From an uncultured Verrucomicrobiae bacterium (GTDB lineage Bacteria > Verrucomicrobiota > Verrucomicrobiia > Limisphaerales > Palsa-1400), in the NCBI GenBank assembly GCA_963707025.1, contig CAVPOM010000004.1, positions 448,001-512,000 on the forward strand: a stretch of 64,000 nucleotides of DNA, written 5' to 3'. The notes beneath the pieces are model-generated. The model did not search any database. It was not told where the DNA came from and saw nothing but the letters and a program-made list of their open reading frames with translations. The position numbers were made by a program, and so were the translations under genes. Of this stretch, positions 1 through 13,979 are shown in pieces. The first letter of the stretch is position 1. Every line of letters begins with the position of its first letter.

Positions 1-1
1 T

Positions 2-1213
2 GGCATATACAACCTTGGCGAAAAAGCCGGCTGGACCCTCACCCTGCCCGAGGGCGCGCCGGCTCCTTCCGGCAAATACTCCTACACGGTCAAGAAGAAC
101 AATCAGGAAGAAATCAGGTCCGGCGAGCTGGACCTTTCCTCCGGCTCGGCCAGCATTGACATCACACTGGATGAGCCGGCCATGCTCTACGCGCAGGTCA
201 CACCGCCGCCGGGTGGGGGCGGGCGCGGCGGTGTGGTGGCTGGCGCAGCCATCGCTCCGGCCAAGCTGCAACCCTCCGCGCCGCGTCCGGCGGACTTCGA
301 CTCTTTCTGGGAATCGAAGATCAAGCTGCTCAAGGAAATTCCCGAAAACGCGGTCCTCGCCCCCGGCGACAGCGGCCGGCCCGGCGTCGAATACTTCACC
401 ATCACGATGGATCACATCAAAGGCGCGCACGTTCACGGCCAGCTTGCCAAACCAAAAAAAGAGGGAAAGTTCCCGGCGTTGCTCATTCTGCAATGGGCCA
501 GTCCGCCCTATCCCCTGCAAAAGCCCTGGGTTACCGACCGCGCCGCCCAAGGCTGGCTCACCCTGAATATCGAACCCCACGACGTGCTCCCCGACCAGCC
601 CCAGTCCTATTACGATGCCCTCCCGCGGGAAATCAAGCAATACCAGGCCATTGGCCGGGAGGACCGCGACAAATGTTATTTTCTCCAAATGTATCTCGCC
701 GACTACCGTGCGGTGGATTATCTGGCCGGCCGGCCCGATTGGGACGGCAAAACCCTCGTGGTCATGGGCACCAGCATGGGCGGCCAGCAGAGCCTGTGCG
801 TCGCGGGGCTTCATCCGAAAGTCACGCATGTCATTGTCAACGAGCCGTCCGGCTGCGACGCCAACGGGCCGCTTCATGGCCGCGCCTCAGGCTATCCCAA
901 CTGGCCCTCCAGCAATCCCAAGATCATGGCAACCGCGCCCTATTTTGACACGGTGAATTTCGCTTCCCATGTCAAAGCGACGGCGCTGGTCGCCATGGGT
1001 TTCATAGATACAACCGCCCCGCCGGTCGGCATCTGGACAGCCTTCAATCAAATCCAAGGGCCCAAGGAAGCCGCCCCAATGTTGGATTCTCCGCACAACA
1101 ATCTGGCCACCCCGGCCCAACAGCGGCCCTACACCCAGCGTTCGGCCGAGTGGCTTGATATTCTGGTCAAGGGCGGCGAAATAAACCCCCACGCAAGCGC
1201 AGGCAACCCATGA
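2..1213 (+). CDS. Acetylxylan esterase (CE7/AXE1-like alpha/beta hydrolase), 5' end outside window
   Basis: Frame is open from base 2 (GIYNLGEKAGW...). Contains RPADFDSFW, nucleophile motif GTSMGG, GFIDTTAPP and a C-terminal His (SPHNN). Confidence 0.8.
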   Translation, partial: GIYNLGEKAGWTLTLPEGAPAPSGKYSYTVKKNNQEEIRSGELDLSSGSASIDITLDEPAMLYAQVTPPPGGGGRGGVVAGAAIAPAKLQPSAPRPADFDSFWESKIKLLKEIPENAVLAPGDSGRPGVEYFTITMDHIKGAHVHGQLAKPKKEGKFPALLILQWASPPYPLQKPWVTDRAAQGWLTLNIEPHDVLPDQPQSYYDALPREIKQYQAIGREDRDKCYFLQMYLADYRAVDYLAGRPDWDGKTLVVMGTSMGGQQSLCVAGLHPKVTHVIVNEPSGCDANGPLHGRASGYPNWPSSNPKIMATAPYFDTVNFASHVKATALVAMGFIDTTAPPVGIWTAFNQIQGPKEAAPMLDSPHNNLATPAQQRPYTQRSAEWLDILVKGGEINPHASAGNP

Positions 1214-1256
1214 ACAAGCCAAAATCCATATCTCAACTTCTAAAGGGTAATTGGTT

Positions 1257-3692
<2,436 letters not shown>

Positions 3693-3708
3693 CGGCCCCG
3701 GCACGAAA

Positions 3709-6639
3709 ATGAAAACCCGCCTCAGCCTCCTGTTGCTGGGACTGTGCCTTTGCTCTTGCACCTTCCCAAGGACCGGACCCGGCCCGGCGCCGTTCTGCGG
3801 AACAGTCAAGACCAAAGACAGTTTCGCCATCGTGCAGGACAATGCGGCCGCGCCGCTTTGGGTGGAGGCCGGCGATTTTCCCGGCGTCCTGCGCGCGGCC
3901 AACGACCTGCGCCGGGATGTCGGGCGCGTGACCGGCCGGACGCCGTTGGTCATCCAGGAAGAAAACGCCCCCGCGGCGAACGTCATCCTCATTGGAACCA
4001 TCGGCAAAAATCCTGTAATTGACAGAATGATTCGGGAAAACAAGCTGGATGTCACGGGCATCGCCGGCCAGTGGGAATCGTTTCTCATCCAGGCGGTGCC
4101 CGACCCGCTGCCCGGCGTGAGCGCCGCCCTGGTCATCGCCGGGAGCGACAAACGGGGAACCATTTACGGCATTTACGAGCTTTCCGGGCAGATCGGCGTT
4201 TCGCCCTGGTATTATTGGGCGGACGTGCCGGTGGAGCACAAAGCGGCTCTCTTTGTCAAAGCCGGCCCCTGCAAACAGGGGCCGCCGTCGGTCAAATATC
4301 GCGGCCTTTTTTTGAATGACGAGAATCCCGACCTGACCCAGTGGGTGCGGGAGAAATTCGGCACGGTGCCGGTGCCCGGCGGTGAGCCCACGGCCAATTA
4401 CGGGCGGGGATTCTACACCAATCTGTTTGAATTGATTCTGCGGCTCAAGGGCAACTTCCTTTGGCCGGCCATGTGGAACAACCGCTTCAACGAAGACGAT
4501 CCGGAAAACCCCCGGCTGGCCGACCAATACGGCATCGTCATGGGCACCTCCCACCAGGAGCCGATGCTGCGGGCGCAAAAGGAATGGGACTGGGGAACCA
4601 ATTACGGCAGAATCTATGGCAACTGGAATTATGCCGCGGCCCGGCAGCAGCCGGTGCTCCAGCAATTCTGGCGGGAAGGGGTCCGGCGCAACCGGAATTT
4701 CGAGAGCATCTTCACCATGGGCCTGCGGGCCGAGAACGACAGCGCCGCGCCCATCGGCCGGGACCTGACCGGGGAAATCGTCAACGAGCAGCGCAAAATT
4801 CTGGCCGAAGAAGTCAATCCGGATTTGACCCGGGTGCCGCAGGCCTGGTGCCTCTACAAGGAGGTGCAGGACTATTACAACGAGGGGCTGCATCCGCCTG
4901 AGGATGTTACGCTGCTCTGGGCGGAGGACAACTGGGGCAACCTTCGCCGCTTGCCCACCGCCGGCGAACGCCAGCGCCCCGGCGGCGCGGGAATTTATTA
5001 TCACTTTGATTACCACGGCGGACCGCGCAGCTACCAGTGGATCAACACCAGTCCCATTGCGAAAATCTGGGACCAGATGTCGCTGGCCAAACAGTATGGG
5101 GCGGACCGGATTTGGATCGTCAACGTCGGGCACTTCAAAGGCTGCGAGTTCCCCCTGGAATACTTCCTGAGCCTGGCCTGGGACACCAGCCGGTGGACCA
5201 ACAACAACCTCAATGAGTTCACCCGGCTTTGGGCGGCCCGGCAATTTGGGCCGGCCTGCGCGGCGGAGATCGCCGACATCCTGGCCAAATACAGCAAGTA
5301 CAATGGCCGGCGCAAACCCGAATTGCTCGAGCCCGGCACCTACAGCCTCGAACACTACCAGGAGGCCGAGCGCGTGGTGGCGGATTTCCTGGCCATCTCA
5401 GGCAAGGCGGAGAAAATTTACCAGCAATTGCCGCGGGAAAAACAGGACGCCTTCTATGAGCTGGTGCTGTTTCCCGCCAAAGCCAGCGCGCAGTTGAACG
5501 AGATGTACCTCGCCGCCAACCAGAACGCGGTCTATGCGCGCCAGGGCCGCGCCAGCGCCAACGACAAGGCGGCCGAGTGCCGCGCCCTGTTCCAGCGGGA
5601 AACGAATTTGATGGCTTACTACAACCACACCTTCGCCGGCGGGAAATGGGATCACTTCATGGATCAGCCCTTTATCGGTTACACCACCTGGGCCGAACCG
5701 CGCCAGGGAAATAATCTGGGCGCCATCAGGCTCAAGGAACTTCCCGTGCCGGACGCGGCGGAGATGGGCCTGGCGCTGGAAGGCGGCGGCGACGCCCTGC
5801 CGCGCTTCGACGCTTTTAACCAACAGCGCCATTACTTGGAGGTGTTCAACAAGGGAAAAACGCCGTTTGCCTTCACCGCGGCGGCCAGCGATTCCTGGAT
5901 CACCCTGAGCGAAACCCAGGGGACGGTTGGCAAGGACCAACGGCTGTGGGTCGGGGTGGATTGGGGCAAGGCCCCCAAGGGGACGGCCGCCGGCACGGTG
6001 CGCCTGGCCGGCCTCAACACCAATTTCACCGTGAAGGTGGAGGCCCTCAATCCCGTGGAAGTGACGCGCCGTTCCCTTCAGGGCTTTGTGGAAGGCGATG
6101 GCGTCGTTGCCATCGAACCGGAGCACTGGACAAAAATAATTGACTCCGGGGCCGGGCGCTGGATCAAAATCCAGGATTACGGACGCACCTTGTCCGGGAT
6201 GAGGGCGGCGGGGCCGGTGGATGCCCCGCCCGCCGCGCCGGGAAAGGATGCGCCCTGCCTGGAATACCGGATGTATCTGTTCAGCGCGGGCGAGGCGGAA
6301 GTCACCACCATCACCGGCCCAACCTTGAATTTCGTTCCTGGGCGCGACCTTCGGTTCGCCCTCGCCTTCGACGACGCGCCGCCGCAGACCGTCCCCCTCG
6401 TGCCGGGGAATTACAGCGCGCAGAACGGCAACCGCGACTGGGAGACCTCGGTGAAGGACAGCGCGCGCATGGTCAAGACGAAATTCACGCTGGCCCGGCC
6501 CGGCTATCATACCTTGAAGCTCTGGATGGTTGATCCGGGCGTGGTCGTGCAGAAACTCGTGGTGGACCTGGGCGGCCTGAAACCGAGTTATCTCGGACCG
6601 CCGGAGAGTTATCGCGGCGCTCAAAATGCGCCCAGATGA
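3709..6639 (+). CDS. GH115 alpha-glucuronidase
   Basis: Signal peptide (MKTRLSLLLLG). GH115 motifs IAGSDKRGTIYG, GVSPWYYWADVP, YRGLFLNDE, LWPAMW, MGTSHQEPM, WAEDNWG, GIYYHFDYHGGPR, SYLGPPES. Confidence 0.92.
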   Translation: MKTRLSLLLLGLCLCSCTFPRTGPGPAPFCGTVKTKDSFAIVQDNAAAPLWVEAGDFPGVLRAANDLRRDVGRVTGRTPLVIQEENAPAANVILIGTIGKNPVIDRMIRENKLDVTGIAGQWESFLIQAVPDPLPGVSAALVIAGSDKRGTIYGIYELSGQIGVSPWYYWADVPVEHKAALFVKAGPCKQGPPSVKYRGLFLNDENPDLTQWVREKFGTVPVPGGEPTANYGRGFYTNLFELILRLKGNFLWPAMWNNRFNEDDPENPRLADQYGIVMGTSHQEPMLRAQKEWDWGTNYGRIYGNWNYAAARQQPVLQQFWREGVRRNRNFESIFTMGLRAENDSAAPIGRDLTGEIVNEQRKILAEEVNPDLTRVPQAWCLYKEVQDYYNEGLHPPEDVTLLWAEDNWGNLRRLPTAGERQRPGGAGIYYHFDYHGGPRSYQWINTSPIAKIWDQMSLAKQYGADRIWIVNVGHFKGCEFPLEYFLSLAWDTSRWTNNNLNEFTRLWAARQFGPACAAEIADILAKYSKYNGRRKPELLEPGTYSLEHYQEAERVVADFLAISGKAEKIYQQLPREKQDAFYELVLFPAKASAQLNEMYLAANQNAVYARQGRASANDKAAECRALFQRETNLMAYYNHTFAGGKWDHFMDQPFIGYTTWAEPRQGNNLGAIRLKELPVPDAAEMGLALEGGGDALPRFDAFNQQRHYLEVFNKGKTPFAFTAAASDSWITLSETQGTVGKDQRLWVGVDWGKAPKGTAAGTVRLAGLNTNFTVKVEALNPVEVTRRSLQGFVEGDGVVAIEPEHWTKIIDSGAGRWIKIQDYGRTLSGMRAAGPVDAPPAAPGKDAPCLEYRMYLFSAGEAEVTTITGPTLNFVPGRDLRFALAFDDAPPQTVPLVPGNYSAQNGNRDWETSVKDSARMVKTKFTLARPGYHTLKLWMVDPGVVVQKLVVDLGGLKPSYLGPPESYRGAQNAPR

Positions 6640-7943
6640 TGATGCCACTTCGCGCCGATAGATTGCCGAAGATCCGGACACCGCTCTGGAACGGGGCGGG
6701 TTTAATTCTGATTTTGTTTTTGGCCGGCTGCCGCAGCCCGGCCCGCCCAAGGAACGGGGCCGATGGCGGCGGTGCTTATGCGACGGGACACTACCGCAAT
6801 CTGTTTGTTGAGGCGGGCCATCCGGCCGGGGAAGTGAGACGGAAGGTGGAGGTGGCTTTTGCCCAGTTGTTCCACGGCAACCCAACCAACCAGGCGGTCT
6901 ATTTCGAGGCCGGCCGCAATGCCAACGGGCCGCTCGCCTGCATCACCGATATCAAACACCACGACGTCCGCACCGAAGGACTCTCTTACGGCATGATCAT
7001 TGCCGCGGAATTGGACAAAAAGGCCGAGTTCGATGCGCTCTGGAATTGGTCCCTCACCTGCCTCTACAATCCGGCAACGAACCATTTCTCCTATGGATTC
7101 TTCTCGTGGCAGGCGAGGACCAACGGGGCGCGCCTGAGCGAATTTGTGGCGCCGGACGGCGAAGAATACTATGTGATGGCCCTTTATTTTGCCGCCGGAC
7201 GATGGGGCAGCGGCCAGGGCATTTACAACTACCGCGCCCAAGCCGACGCCTTGCTGTCCCGCATGCTCCACCGCGCCGTCATCACCGGCCCCTCCGCGCG
7301 GGGAGGCCAGGTCACCGCCGGTCCGCTGTTTGATGCGGAGCACAAAATGGTTCTCTTTTCACCCAGTTCCGAACGCAATCGTTTCACCGATCCGTCCTAT
7401 CATTTGCCCGCCTTTTACGAGCTTTGGTCCCGCTGGGGTCCGGCGCAAGACCGCCCCTTCTGGGCAGCGGCGGCTGCCGCCAGCCGTGATTTTTTTCAGA
7501 GCACGGTCAATCCCATCACCGCGCTTAACCCCAATTATGCGAACTTCGACGGCACGCCCGCCGGTCGCGCCACCAACTTTTCTTACGACGCCTTCCGCAC
7601 CGCCGGGAACTGGTCGGTGGATTGGTCCTGGTGGGGAAAGGATGTCCGGGAACGGGAACTCAGCGACCGTCTGCAGGCCTTTTTCGAATCCAAAGGCATG
7701 GCTGATTACGGCTGTCAGTTCACCCTGGATGGCCGGCAACTCGAAGCGCGCCACGCCCAGGGTCTGGTCGCGGTCAACGCCGTCGCCAGCCTCGCCGCCA
7801 CTCAACCCCGCGCCAGGGAATTCGTCCAGGCCTTGTGGAATACGCCTGTCCCGGAGGGACTGGAACGCTATTACGAAGGCTTGCTCTATCTGATGGCCCT
7901 GTTGCATTGCAGCGGCGAGTTCCGCATCTGGCCGCCGCGATGA
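6636..7943 (+). CDS. GH8 xylanase / reducing-end xylose-releasing exo-oligoxylanase-like lipoprotein
   Basis: LAGC lipobox. DVRTEGLSYGM, APDGEEY, TDPSYHLPAFYELW, SYDAFR, RYYEGLLY. Confidence 0.88.
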   Translation: MMMPLRADRLPKIRTPLWNGAGLILILFLAGCRSPARPRNGADGGGAYATGHYRNLFVEAGHPAGEVRRKVEVAFAQLFHGNPTNQAVYFEAGRNANGPLACITDIKHHDVRTEGLSYGMIIAAELDKKAEFDALWNWSLTCLYNPATNHFSYGFFSWQARTNGARLSEFVAPDGEEYYVMALYFAAGRWGSGQGIYNYRAQADALLSRMLHRAVITGPSARGGQVTAGPLFDAEHKMVLFSPSSERNRFTDPSYHLPAFYELWSRWGPAQDRPFWAAAAAASRDFFQSTVNPITALNPNYANFDGTPAGRATNFSYDAFRTAGNWSVDWSWWGKDVRERELSDRLQAFFESKGMADYGCQFTLDGRQLEARHAQGLVAVNAVASLAATQPRAREFVQALWNTPVPEGLERYYEGLLYLMALLHCSGEFRIWPPR

Positions 7944-8022
7944 TGGCGCGACGATTCCTGCGTCCCGAAACAAGTATGCCAATTCCAAGACATGTCTTCC
8001 AGGCGGTTTCCACCTTGTCAAT

Positions 8023-8331
8023 TTGCCAGTGGACTCCCACGAACTCATCGCCCTCTGCGCGCCGCGACCGCTATTTGTGACCGGCGGCACGGAAGATCTC
8101 TGGTCGGACCCGGTCGGAGAATTCAAGGCCTGCGTTGGAGCAGGCCCCGTCTATCGCCTCCTCGGCCAGCGCGACCTCGGCACGACCGGGATGCCCGCTC
8201 CCGATGTGGCTCTGATTGACGGTGACATCGCCTTCCGGGAGCACACGGGCGGCCATACCGATGCTCCCGACTGGCCGGCCTTCCTCAAGTTCGCCGACAA
8301 GTACTTCACTGCTTCCGCCCCGGCGAAGTAA
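8023..8331 (+). pseudogene. C-terminal remnant of a second CE15-family esterase
   Basis: PVDSHELIALCAPRP and FREHTGGHTDAPDWPAF match the CE15 C-terminus. The catalytic GxSRxGK half is missing and there is no room for it after the GH8 stop. Confidence 0.75.
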
Positions 8332-8361
8332 CGTCCGCGCTTGGCTGATGGCCGGCGGGAA

Positions 8362-9492
8362 TTAAGGACCCGCCGCTTTGATCACGGCGTCAAAGGCGGG
8401 TTTTGGCCGGCCATTCCTGTCAAACAACAGCGGGTTGCCGCGCGACCGCCAGGAATCAGCATCCGTCACGCCCCAAAAAGTCACGAGCTTGATGTCTTTT
8501 TTATGTTTCAGGAAAACTCTGAAAAGTTCGGAATAACGCGCGGCCAATTGTTGCTGGAGGGCATCAGACAGGCCGCCGTTGGAGGGAGCCGCCCCGCTTT
8601 GGGCCTGGGCGTTGGCCGCGACATCGGCGGTGGTGGTTCGCTGGCCGCCACGGGAACAGTCAATGTCCAGCTCGGTGATCATCACCTGCAGGTTTAGCCT
8701 GGCGAAGGCGGCAATGGTGGCGTCCTCCTGTTCCGCGGTGGGAAAACTCAAATTGCCGTGCCCCTGCAAGCCGATGGAGGTGACGGGCACTCCCTGGGCC
8801 TGAAGTTTTTTGATGAGGGCGATGGCGCCGTTGCGTTTGGGTTCGTTTTCCAGGGAATAATCGTTGTAACGCAGCACCGCTTTGGGATCGGCTTCGTGCG
8901 CGTATTGAAAGGCCTTGGCAATGTAATCCTCGCCTATGATCCTCAACCAGGGCGATTGGCGCAGGGTGCCGTCCTCGTTCAGCGCCTCGTTGACCACGTC
9001 CCAAACCCGGATGCGGCCCTTGTAGCGGCCGACCACGGTATGAATGTGGTCGTGCATGCGCTGGAGCAGAGTTTCGCGATCGCAAGGCTGGCCGTTGCTT
9101 CCCTGGAAAACCCAGCGCGGCGTCTGGCTGTGCCAAATCAGCGTGTGGCCCACCACCAGCATGTGGTTGCTCTCGCCGAAGCCGGCGTACTGGTCCGGCC
9201 CCTCGAACGCGTAGCCATCCGCGCGGGGATGGACGGATTCCCACTTCAAAACATTTTCCGGGGAGATGGAGTTGAAATTGGCGGCGATGATCGGGTTGCC
9301 GCGGGCGTCCTGGCCGGAAAATTGCTTTTGGTTGACAGCCACACCAATGAGGAAGTCCTTTTTGTAGGCGAGCTTCAGGGTGGGCGGTCCCGGCGGAGCG
9401 GTGGTGCAACTGGTCATGGTCAAAAGGCCGGCGCTGGCAAGTCCCCAAAGCAGGGCGCGGACGGCCGGAGTGAAGAGGAGAGCCGTTTTCAT
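8362..9492 (-). CDS. GH10 endo-1,4-beta-xylanase
   Basis: PENVLKW, GHTLIWHSQTP, WDVVNE (acid/base), YNDY, GLQGH, ITELD (nucleophile), TFWGVTDADSW. Confidence 0.95.
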   Translation of the reverse strand: MKTALLFTPAVRALLWGLASAGLLTMTSCTTAPPGPPTLKLAYKKDFLIGVAVNQKQFSGQDARGNPIIAANFNSISPENVLKWESVHPRADGYAFEGPDQYAGFGESNHMLVVGHTLIWHSQTPRWVFQGSNGQPCDRETLLQRMHDHIHTVVGRYKGRIRVWDVVNEALNEDGTLRQSPWLRIIGEDYIAKAFQYAHEADPKAVLRYNDYSLENEPKRNGAIALIKKLQAQGVPVTSIGLQGHGNLSFPTAEQEDATIAAFARLNLQVMITELDIDCSRGGQRTTTADVAANAQAQSGAAPSNGGLSDALQQQLAARYSELFRVFLKHKKDIKLVTFWGVTDADSWRSRGNPLLFDRNGRPKPAFDAVIKAAGP

Positions 9493-9504
9493 CGCAGATT
9501 TGGT

Positions 9505-11007
9505 TTAGGCGGGTCCCGCGCCGGACTTTAAGCGGCGTTCCGCCAGTTCGTTGGAGATCTGGATCGTGAGACTTTTGTTGATAGGGTAAGCGATGAGCAA
9601 AATGGTGCAGATGACAAAAAGGACGCCGACATAAATGCTGGACAAAGCGCGGAAGCCCTGCAAGTTCTCCGGCGTCGGAGCCACTTTGGCATCGTAGCCA
9701 TAAAACCCGGCCAGGATCCACAGGCCCGCAGCGGCGCCGAGGCTCAGGCCCAATTTAAGGGCAAAACAAATCGTGGCGAAAACCATGCCGGTGGCGCGCC
9801 GCCCGGTTTTCCATTCGGAATAATCCGCCACGTCAGCGTAAATGGCCCAGACCAGGCTGATAGTCGGGGCATAGACGATGGCGACGAAAACGGTCACGGC
9901 GATCATTCCCCAGATGTTGGTCGGTGAGAGAAAATAAAATGCCAGCGTGCCGAGGCTGGCCAACCCGAACCCGGCCACGGCCACGGCCTTCTTGCCAAAT
10001 CGCTTCGCCAACGAAGGGGAGAGGAGGATGACGATGATGGTAACGCCAGTCCCGATCATATTGACAATACTGTAGGCCACACCGGCCACATTGGATTTAT
10101 CCGGCAGAACGATGTAGCCCAGCCAGTTCAAAATGCCGCCCGGCGGTGCGGAACCAGCCGGCACAGTCAGACCCAGCCACTGCAACCAATCGTAGAGGGC
10201 GGCCTTGTCCGCATAATTCATGTAGTAATTGTACAATGCGCCCCCCCGCAGCGCCAGAATCGTGAAGTGGGTGAAGGTCATGCAGAACATGATCTTCCAC
10301 GGAAAATTGCTGAACAGATCGGCAAAATCCTGGCGGGGCGGCGTTTTTTCCCTGGAGATGGGCTCGATGCGCTCTTTGGTGGTCAGAAACGTGATCAGGA
10401 ACAGCGCCAGGCAAAGTATCGCCCAAAGCCCCATGGTCATCTGCCAGCCGTATTGCTTGTCGTGGCCCAGGGCGAATTTCGCCACCAGCGGCAGCGTGAA
10501 GCCGCCGACGATAAATTGCGCGGCGTTGACGGAAACGAAACGGTAGGAATTGAGTTTGGCGCGCTCCAGGACATCACCGGTCATGACACCGCCCAAGCGC
10601 CGCATAGGGCATGTTGTTCGTCGAGTAAAGCGTCATCAACAGGATGTTGGTCACGAACGGCATAGGCGATTTTCAGCTGTGCTGCCGAAATGCGGCGTGG
10701 TGTAGGCCAGAACCATGACCACCGCCCAGGGCACCGAGGTCCAGAGCACCCAGGGACGAAACTGGCCCCAGCGCGTTTGCGTGCGGTCGGCCAGAACGCC
10801 CATAATCGGGTCAAAGAACGCGTCCCACAATCGCGAAACCAGCAGGAGCGTCGCCGCCAGACCGGCGCTCAGGCCGAACACGTCCGTGTAGAAATTCGCC
10901 TGGAACAGAATCATCGTCATGAAGACGAAATTCGCGGCCGCGTCTCCGCGCGCTGTAGCCCGCCTTTTCGACGAACGAAAGTTTCTGGTGGAAGTGTGCT
11001 CGGCCAT
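9505..11007 (-). CDS. MFS GPH-family (xyloside/melibiose-type) sugar symporter, frameshifted in this sequence
   Basis: Pieces in different frames: GDAAANFVF, FYTDVFGLS, DPIMGVLADRTQTRWGQFRPW, YADVADYSEWKTGRRATG. Multiple hydrophobic helices. Confidence 0.85.
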
Positions 11008-11017
11008 ATTAACGGGT

Positions 11018-13409
11018 TTACTTCGCACCGTCAAAATCACTTTTTGCAGATCGCTGTCCCGCGAGGAATTGCCGACCATGATTTCGAACTCGCCCGGCTC
11101 GACGACGTATTTCATGTTGATGTCATAAAATGCCAGCGATTCGGGGGTGATGTCCAGCGCGACGGTCTGGGTTTCGTCCGGGAGGCAGTGAAACTTTTTT
11201 GAAGCCCTTTAATTCCTTGACGGGCCGGGTGACGGAGCTGACCAGGTCGCGGATATACATTTGCACGACTTCCGTCCCGGCGCGTTTGCCGGTGTTGGTC
11301 ACGTCCACTAGAATCTTGTGTTGACGCCGTCACGCCTGATTCTTTTTCTTTGCCAGCCGGAGGTTCTTGCAAGGCGAACGTCGTGTAGCTCAGACCGAAA
11401 CCGAAAGGGATAGAGCGGCGACGCCTCGTCGAACAAATAGCCGCGGCGGGCCGGAAGGTTTGTAATTGTAGAAAGCCGGGCAGGTGTCCTGCCGAACGGG
11501 GAATGGTAATGGGCAGTTTCCCGCCTGGATTGAATCGCCGAATAGAACTTCGGCGACCGCATGGCCGGTTTCCTGGCCGAGATACCAGCACTCAAAAATC
11601 GACCGGCACGTTTTCACTCAAGATACTGGATGGAAAGCGGGCTGCCGTTGAACAGAAAGACGATGACCGGTTTGCCGGTCGAAAGCATGGCGGTGACCAG
11701 TTCCTGTTGCTGCCCGACCAACTCCAGGCGCGTCCGGTCGCCCATGTGCTTAAGCGACCAGGCTTCGCGCGAAGTCTGCTCGTTGCCGCCGATGGCCAGC
11801 ACGATCACGTCCGCATTCCGGGCGACCTTGACCGCTTCCTGGATTTGTTTGCGGTCATCCTCCGGATGGCTGGGCGTGACCAAATCCTGGTTCCACGAGC
11901 CGCCGACGCGTAATCTTGCAGCCTTCCCAATAAGGCACTTGCACCCGGTCACCCACTTTCGCGCGGATGCCTTCCAGCAGCAGAGATGAAAGAATTTGGG
12001 TTTGCCGCTGTAGCCGCCCAGCAGTTCGCGGTCCGCGTTCGGTCCGATGACCGCGATGGATTTAATTTTGCGCGGATTCAGCGGCACCAGATTGTTCTCG
12101 TTTTTCAGCAGCGTGATGGTTTCCCGCGCGGCCTGCAGCGCCAGCTTGCGGTTGGCTTCGCAGCCGACAATTCCGCTCGGCTTCGTCCGGGATCCACGTA
12201 ACGGATCGTCGAACAAGCCCAGTCTTGAATTTCCAGTACAGCATGGGCGCGACCAGTTCGTCCAGGTGCGGATTCCTTGAGCACGCCTGTTGCGGACCAG
12301 TTCGACCAGATGCAAATAACAATCCGGCTCCGGCAATTCGATGTTGACTCCCGCGCGGACGGCCAGCAGCGCAGGCTTCCCTTTTGTCCTTGGCCACCCA
12401 ATGGCCGTGCGTGTCGGGGCGATGGCTCAATTCCCAGATCGCGTAGTAATCGGAAACGACGAAGCCTTTGAAGCCCCATTCCTGGCGCAGCACGTCGCGC
12501 AGCAGCCATCGCTGGCGTGCGACGGCACGCCGTCAATTTCATTGTACGACGGCCATCACGCTGATGGCGCCCGGCCTTTTGAATGCACTCCTTGAACGGA
12601 CGCAAAAAAGTTTCGCGCAGCACGCGCATGGAGACATTGGCCGGCGCGCAATTCATGCCCGATTCCGGCTGGCCGTGGGCGGCAAAATGTTTCAGCGTGG
12701 CGATGACATGCTTTTTGTCCTTGAACGAAGCGTCGCCCTGAAATCCCCGCACCGCGGCCATGCCCAGTTGCGTCACCAGGTAAGGGTCTTCGCCGAAGGT
12801 TTCCTCCACGCGTCCCCAGCGCGGCTCCCGCGCCACATCCACCACCGGCGTCAGCGCCTGATGCGTCGCCGCGGGCGCGCGCTTCTTCCGCCGCCATGGT
12901 GTAAAGCGCCTCCACCAATTCGGGATTGAAAGTCGCGGCCAGGCCGATGGGTTGCGAAAAACTGGTCGCATCCTTGGCGGCGTGGCCGTGCAGACATTCC
13001 TCGTGGAACATCACCGGGATGCCCAGCCGGCTGTTCTCGATGAAGAATTTCTGAATGGCGTTGGTCAACTCGGCCGTCGCTTTGCGCGTCCTTCCCCCCG
13101 CCGGCGTCGCTCGGGCCGCCCAACCTGGCCCAAGCCATGCCCCTTTTTGAAACTGGCTTTGGCCTTCTGCAGATCGAAATTGCCCGCCGCATCCAGCAAG
13201 GTTTCGGATTTCTTCTGCCAGACGCACATCATTTGCGCGGCCTTTTCCTCCAGCGTCATCCGCCGGAGCAGGTCTTGCACCCGCTCCGCCACGGGCAGAC
13301 CCGCCTTCTTGTACGGAGCTTCGGCCCCGGGTCGTTTTCCAGTGGAAGCAGAACGCGTATCGGACAGGGGAACACTTCGTTTGGTCCAAGTCGGCCGTTG
13401 CTGTTTCAT
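11018..13409 (-). CDS. GH3 beta-glucosidase/beta-xylosidase, multiply frameshifted
   Basis: Fragments [105 protein letters not shown]. Confidence 0.88.
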
Positions 13410-13766
13410 GAATTCCTGTTGCGCGCCGGCCATCACAATGGCCGGTCGCGGGCTGGTAGATTACCCGGCCGCTTTTGGGTCGTCCAGTCTGCGGTTTGAA
13501 ATCATGGCCGGAGTATTTCAGGCAGAACACCCCGGCGGAATGGAGGATATTATGATTTGCATGGACAATCCTCTGGCCAGACCGCTTCTCTGCGGCGCCA
13601 TTGGATTTATCATGCCAGGAGAATTGCCTGGCCCATTTCAACTGCCTGGCGCCTGGTCTGCTCTTTGAAGAGGGCGCGCACTCCGTGGGCGCCGCGTCGG
13701 ACAATTCCGGCCTGGCGGGACCCTGCCGCGTAATGCGGCTGCAGTATATGTGAAACCGCTCTAAAA

Positions 13767-13850
13767 TGGTGCGCGAGAGAGGATTCGAACCTCCACCCCT
13801 TGCGGGACCAGATCCTAAGTCTGGCGTGTCTGCCATTCCACCACTCGCGC
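13767..13850 (-). tRNA. tRNA-Leu, anticodon TAG
   Basis: Minus strand reads GCGCGAG-TGGTGGAATGGCAGACACG-CCAGA CTTAGGA TCTGG-variable arm-GGAGGTTCGAATCCTCT-CTCGCGC-ACCA. Long variable arm, encoded CCA. Confidence 0.97.
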
Positions 13851-13979
13851 CGCGGACGTTCCGGCTGACCATACCCCATTCCCGCCGCCACTGGCAAGTT
13901 TTCGGCGAAGAGGGTAGTGCCTTAATTTCATTGTTGTAGTGTCGGCGCGACACGGGAACGTGTGGCGGACAAAATCTGC

